Shown here: piece after piece, positions 33,118-37,203 of the stretch
Position numbering within the stretch: position 1 is the stretch's first letter
Layout of the letters: each line of letters begins with the position of its first letter
Origin: Aquificaceae bacterium
Lineage (GTDB): Bacteria; Aquificota; Aquificia; Aquificales; Aquificaceae
NCBI GenBank assembly: GCA_037924335.1
Contig: JAXSMZ010000013.1
Span: 1-37,203, forward strand
Direction of reading: 5' to 3'
Length of the DNA: 37,203 nucleotides
Translations under genes and position numbers: made by a program
Notes under the pieces: model-generated
What the model was told of the DNA's origin: nothing
What the model saw: the letters and a program-made list of their open reading frames with translations, nothing else
Databases searched by the model: none

Positions 33118-33721
33118 GTTCTGCGGGATAAAAAGGGTTGAGGACCTTATAAAAGCCTGTGAGTTGAGCGTTGACTACGTTGGTTTTATCCTATACCCAA
33201 AAAGCAAAAGATTTGTAAGCTTTGAGGAGCTTGAAAAGCTCCTACCCTTTGCAAAGGGAGTTAATCGGGTAGCTGTTTTTGTAAATCCAAGCCACAAGGA
33301 TGTAAAAAGAGCTCTGGATATGGGAGTGGAGCTTGTACAACTGCACGGTGAGGAGAGCTTTGAATTTGCAAAAAGAGTAGGGCTTGAGAGAGTTATAAAA
33401 GCTTTCAGAGTCAAAGAGGGTTTCAAAGTTCCTGAGGAGTGGAAAAAGGCATACGCCGTGCTTTTAGATACATACTCAGAAGAAGCCTATGGTGGAACAG
33501 GAAAGACCTTTGACTGGAGTATAGCAAGGAAGACGGTAGAAAGGAGCTTTAGAGTCTTTCTCTCCGGTGGCCTAAATTCAGAGAACGTAAGAGAAGCCGT
33601 AAATTACGTAAAGCCCTACGCCGTTGACGTATCATCTGGAATAGAGAGATCTCCAGGTGTTAAAGACCATAATAAGATGGAGAGGTTTTTAAGGGCGCTT
33701 ACCACTATAATAAACCTATGA
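33104..33721 (+). CDS. trpF: Phosphoribosylanthranilate isomerase
   Basis: VKFCGI, VQLHGEE, GGTGKTFDW, SGGL, DVSSGIE. Confidence 0.95.
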   Translation: MVKVKFCGIKRVEDLIKACELSVDYVGFILYPKSKRFVSFEELEKLLPFAKGVNRVAVFVNPSHKDVKRALDMGVELVQLHGEESFEFAKRVGLERVIKAFRVKEGFKVPEEWKKAYAVLLDTYSEEAYGGTGKTFDWSIARKTVERSFRVFLSGGLNSENVREAVNYVKPYAVDVSSGIERSPGVKDHNKMERFLRALTTIINL

Positions 33722-34707
33722 ATTTAAAAACTGCTACAGTCAGCCAATACATTTCCATGAAGCCCTTAACCTGGGACGATTACTACGAGTACATTAAAGA
33801 GCACAAAACAGTCTGTATAGAAGACATGGAGGTTCCAATTGGAGAGAAACGCTCCATTAAGAAATACCAGCCAGAGGAATTTGAGTTGGAAACAACAAGC
33901 GTTTGGTCTTTTCCAAAAAGAGGAGACTGGGCTACACACAAAAGCAAGTACAGAGGCAACTGGGCACCCCAGGTCGTTAGAAACCTTATCCTCAGATACA
34001 GTAAACCGGGTGAGCTTGTCCTTGACCAGATGTGCGGAGGAGGTACTACACTAATTGAAGCTAAACTTTTAAACCGGAAGGCCATAGGAGTTGACATAAA
34101 CTATGAGGCTTTGATGCTAGCCTTTAATAGGCTAAACTTCAACACTCCATTTGAAAACCAAGAGGGAAAAGACGTTCACCTCTACCTCGGAGATGCCAGA
34201 AGCTTGGACTTACTTGGGGACAACTCTGTAGACCTTATAGCCACTCATCCACCTTACTTCAACATAATCTCTTACTCTAAGAAAAAAAGAATTCAAGGAG
34301 ACCTATCTTGTGCAAATACTTTGGAAGAGTACCTTAAGGGTATGCACCAAGTGGCGAAGGAGAGCTTTAGGGTTTTAAAGCCTGGCAGGTACACAGCAAT
34401 TCTGATAGGGGATACCAGGAAGAAGAGACATTATGTCCCGATAGCTTTTAGGGTCCTTGAGCAGTTCTTGGACGTAGGTTTCATACTCAGAGAGGATGTG
34501 ATAAAAGTTCAATGGAAGACAAGAAAGACCGGTAAAAAATGGGCTGGATTGGCAAAAACTGCCCAAGAATGCTGGGTAGAAAAACCAAAAGATGATAAAT
34601 ACTGGACAGATTTTTACCTGATAGCGCACGAACATCTTTTTATATTCAGAAAACCTAAGGAAGGTGAAAGCCTAAACGATTATAAAGAGAGTATGAAAGC
34701 CTTTTAA
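33718..34707 (+). CDS. N4/N6-type SAM-dependent (DNA) methyltransferase
   Basis: LDQMCGGGTT SAM-binding motif, ATHPPY catalytic motif, RVLKPG. Confidence 0.8.
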   Translation: MNLKTATVSQYISMKPLTWDDYYEYIKEHKTVCIEDMEVPIGEKRSIKKYQPEEFELETTSVWSFPKRGDWATHKSKYRGNWAPQVVRNLILRYSKPGELVLDQMCGGGTTLIEAKLLNRKAIGVDINYEALMLAFNRLNFNTPFENQEGKDVHLYLGDARSLDLLGDNSVDLIATHPPYFNIISYSKKKRIQGDLSCANTLEEYLKGMHQVAKESFRVLKPGRYTAILIGDTRKKRHYVPIAFRVLEQFLDVGFILREDVIKVQWKTRKTGKKWAGLAKTAQECWVEKPKDDKYWTDFYLIAHEHLFIFRKPKEGESLNDYKESMKAF

Positions 34708-34889
34708 CAGCACCCTTCTGTTAATATGATCGCAGTTACATTAATAGGGTCGTCTCCCTCTCCTACGATAGGTAGCGGTTCTGGGTCAGTGTCATGAGTG
34801 ATGAAATCAGTTAAGTAAAGATTTTGGGCGTATGAACAATATATACAGTAGTTTGCGGAAAAGTGGCATTTTTCCTTGCTGCGTTTACC

Positions 34890-35314
34890 TAGCGGATTGA
34901 TCTCTTTTTCTGCATCTTCAAAGTAAGTCAAAGACCTGAAGAAAAATGGCTATAGCCTTCATACACAAAATATCTCTATCTTTTGCTATGTATACACCCA
35001 AGTCTTCCCAAAACTCTGGTTCTTCCAATAGTGGATATTGATAGCTGAAAAAGGAGAACTTGATTCCTTCTATTAAGAATATGAGAGCCCCTCACTTATA
35101 GACACTATTTCTGCAGACGCGTTTCTGAGCTTTTCCACAAGCAGACTAACGCTGAACTTGTAAGAAGGGAATGTAAAAAGTCAAAATCCTCCGAAGGTCT
35201 GTGGCTATACCTAATAGTTAAAGCTGTTCCTCCTGCCAAATAAAAGCCCTCAGTAAGAGATAAAGAAACTACCCTCTCTAAAGTTCTTTTCTGAATATCT
35301 CTACTACCTTCCAA
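34890..35314 (-). pseudogene. AbiEii/AbiGii-like nucleotidyltransferase, inactivated
   Basis: FYLAGGTAL...HRPSEDFDF, then frameshifts near 35177 and 35090, KFSFFSYQYPLLE...MKAIAI joined out of frame to RSLTYFEDAEKE; 3' limit approximate. Confidence 0.8.
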
Positions 35315-35496
35315 AAGCTCCTATCTTTTCCATGAAACCTGTGCAGGTTGTTCAGAAATATCTTCCTTAGCTCTTCTTTGCTAAACAGCGGTGCTATCTC
35401 AAGAGGATTGGCAAATAGCATAGCCCTTATTAAAAGCTCCTCCCTGCTCTGCTCTCCATCCCAGGAGAAGGTCTTAAGAAATTCTTCCTGGGTCAT
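35278..35496 (-). CDS. Small partner (antitoxin-like, DUF6922-like) of the AbiEii-like gene
   Basis: MTQEEFLKTFSWD...SKEELRKIF...RSFWKVV; overlaps toxin start. Confidence 0.55.
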   Translation of the reverse strand: MTQEEFLKTFSWDGEQSREELLIRAMLFANPLEIAPLFSKEELRKIFLNNLHRFHGKDRSFWKVVEIFRKEL

Positions 35497-36022
35497 TACT
35501 GAAATTATAAGTCCTTTGAAGCTCTTCCAAAAATCTTTCAACTCTTTTCAGAAAATGGAAGAACTGAACATCCTTGATTGGTTTTATCAACTTCAAAACT
35601 TCTCTAATCTCCTCTGGCTTTATGTTTTCCGCAAGAGCCACCTCCAATGCATCTTCCCAGTCCTCTTGAGTTCCTCTACGGAGCTTGCTTATTATAAAAT
35701 CCACAGGAGAAAGCACATACAACTCCGCATTTCCCTTTTTCAAAGCATTGACCGCTCTGTCTCTATATCCTGCAGGTAAAGGCACAACTCCCCATCTATC
35801 TATGTCTTCACCATAGTCAGCTCTGATACCAAGCTCGTCAAGGATGGACTGAAGTTCCTCTATTTCTCCTTCAAACTCTGTAACCTCAAAATCAATATCC
35901 ATAGTGCTTTTTGCTTTGTTTACCTTATAAAAACTTAACGCACTCCTTCCTATGGCTATTAGCTTACACCTTATTCCTTTCTCAGATAACTTTTCCAACA
36001 GCTTTTCGTATACGACTTTCAT
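35474..36022 (-). CDS. Nucleotidyltransferase, DUF6036-like
   Basis: AIGRSAL...STMDIDF, PLPAGYRDRA, VLSPVDFIISKLRRGTQEDWED. Confidence 0.72.
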   Translation of the reverse strand: MKVVYEKLLEKLSEKGIRCKLIAIGRSALSFYKVNKAKSTMDIDFEVTEFEGEIEELQSILDELGIRADYGEDIDRWGVVPLPAGYRDRAVNALKKGNAELYVLSPVDFIISKLRRGTQEDWEDALEVALAENIKPEEIREVLKLIKPIKDVQFFHFLKRVERFLEELQRTYNFSNDPGRIS

Positions 36023-36275
36023 ACCACAACCTTTCTACAAAAGCCCTATAGTAATGGTTTAACTCCTCTTTTGGGATTCTCTGAGGTTCTTTTACTTTAA
36101 GTAAGAGTTCAAGATAATCGTTATGCAGGCTCAATATCTCAAAGTCCTTTCTAAAAGCCCAATACCAAGCAAGGGCTCTCTCAAGTTCTTGACTATCAGA
36201 GGGCAAACTTCTTGCTATATTCTCATCAAAAAGTGCGTCAAGCCATGTCCTTTCTATTACTTCAAACTCTGCCAT
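35982..36275 (-). CDS. Hypothetical protein coupled to the DUF6036-like gene
   Basis: ORF from ATG 36275 (MAEFEV...), overlaps next gene; no family recognised. Confidence 0.55.
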   Translation of the reverse strand: MAEFEVIERTWLDALFDENIARSLPSDSQELERALAWYWAFRKDFEILSLHNDYLELLLKVKEPQRIPKEELNHYYRAFVERLWYESRIRKAVGKVI

Positions 36276-36440
36276 TATATAAATTATGCCAGAAAAGTCA
36301 TGCCCACCCCTCCATCCAACGGGCAAAGGGAAATTCCAGAGGACAGACTAACAAAATTGAGTAGAATTCAAGTTTGCAGCGGGCTTAAGGTAATTTCTCA
36401 TGGCATGACTCCTTTATGGAGTTGAGTGAGCAGGCTTGTC

Positions 36441-36622
36441 GGAACTGTTTCATCCATTGTGTAAAAATAAAGTAGGGAGGTATTAACATGAGACAGCCAA
36501 GTAAGGAAAAAGTAGAACAATACCGATGAAGGACTGGGAAAGGGTCTATGCCCAGCTAAGAATTCTCTTTGAGGGTAGATTATGAGGTATGGTAGAATTT
36601 ACACAAATTTTGAAACAGTCCC
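36441..36622 (+). mobile_element. 182-bp internally deleted IS256-family element
   Basis: 25-bp terminal inverted repeats 20/25 identical (GGAACTGTTTCATCCATTGTGTAAA vs GGGACTGTTTCAAAATTTGTGTAAA); SD+ATG fused to TIPMKDWERVYAQLRILFEGRL-stop. Confidence 0.8.
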
Positions 36623-37093
36623 TCAAAACATGATATGGATATCCTTAGAAGTTATATTAACTGTATACCAGATGTAGTTTTTTTAGTGAAATATGAGATA
36701 AAACCATCTGTATTGAGAGATATAAAAAATAGTTTAGAGAACCAAGATAAGTATTACGATATAAACGATGCCATTGTATTAGGTAAACCAGATTTGATAA
36801 TTAGAAGACTTATAGATCATCATCTTACAAAGATGGAGCATTTACATAAGTTTAAGCTATTAGAAAATGAAATAATACACTTTAAGCATATAACAGTTTC
36901 AAAAGATGAAGCAAAGGATATAAAAGATATTATAGAAAGAGTTAAAAAACATGGGAAAAGCAAATCTTACGAGGAAAAGATAGAAAAAGGATAGACTTTA
37001 AATGTGAAGAAATTTTAAAGCATTATTATTTACCTATTGCAATTTCCAATACAGAAAAAGTAGATTTTATAAAGCATATAATTAAGGAAGAGA
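36623..37093 (+). pseudogene. Fragment of a probable type III restriction Res / helicase-nuclease gene
   Basis: Very AT-rich; frame starts right at IS256 end, shifts -1 near 36991 into KHYYLPIAISNTEKVDFIKHIIKEE, cut at 37094; family from recollection of motifs. Confidence 0.5.
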
Positions 37094-37203
37094 GTCAACT
37101 ACTCCCTAATGAATTAGGGAGCTTGCCCCTCTTGGGGGCATGAGGCTGGTTGACTGCAGCCCTTTAAAGGCTATATTAACTGCACCTACAAAATCTGCAT
37201 GTT
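37094..37203 (-). mobile_element. Right end of an IS200/IS605 tnpB element with omegaRNA scaffold (continues past window)
   Basis: Minus strand ends AAG-CTCCCTAA-TTCA-TTAGGGAG-TAGTTGAC; second hairpin TGCCCC/GGGGCA; GTCAAC (37154-37149) complementary to terminal GTTGAC. Confidence 0.85.
37106..37203 (-). CDS. tnpB: TnpB C-terminal fragment (5' part outside window)
   Basis: Manual translation from 37201: HADFVGAVNIA (RuvC-III) to TAG at 37108-37106. Confidence 0.75.
   Translation of the reverse strand, partial: HADFVGAVNIAFKGLQSTSLMPPRGASSLIH

Noticed and set aside
34704..34931. 75-aa ORF as a real gene
   Set aside because: Its start is the out-of-frame tail of the AbiEii-like pseudogene; the rest is unrecognised read-through
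36300..36430. Minus-strand AAGGAG + ATG mini-ORF (MRNYLKPAANLNSTQFC), possible remnant of another element
   Set aside because: Too short, with no paired end or recognisable motif
37094..37203. Plus-strand IscB/HEARO omegaRNA (starts GTCAACTAC with hairpin and GTTGAC)
   Set aside because: The minus strand carries a TnpB RuvC-III motif directly upstream of the same end, so a tnpB right end is the simpler reading

Overview
Compact, gene-dense chromosome segment whose gene set and style suggest an Aquificaceae thermophile (Hydrogenobacter/Thermocrinis-like; inferred, not proven). Most of it is housekeeping: bioB, infB, queE, amidase, HerA-like ATPase, hemC, bioA, birA, guaB, lipA, manC, arsA/GET3-like, PBP1A, IHF, rpsA, rtcB, gap, argG, aroD, trpF and three CCA-less tRNAs. 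Three accessory parts stand out. (1) A ~4 kb nitrogen-fixation accessory cassette (nifI1-nifI2-nifT-nifB-fdxN-nifW-nifZ-TOBE plus a convergent CCE_0567-like gene) has two sigma54 promoters with TGT-N10-ACA boxes and is bracketed by a 75-bp direct repeat from the 3' end of arsA, with what looks like an older arsA C-terminus stranded outside it. (2) Two different tnpB elements are cut by the window edges, each with a foldable omegaRNA-like right end. (3) A decaying defence/mobile patch at 33.7-37.2 kb holds an orphan methyltransferase, two tandem small-protein/nucleotidyltransferase pairs, a 182-bp internally deleted IS256 and a broken restriction-helicase fragment. Also notable: the gap stop codon lies inside a tRNA-Pro gene that abuts tRNA-Arg with no spacer, and many genes appear leaderless, including two divergent pairs sharing one -10 region. 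All family calls come from motif recognition by eye; no database search was run.
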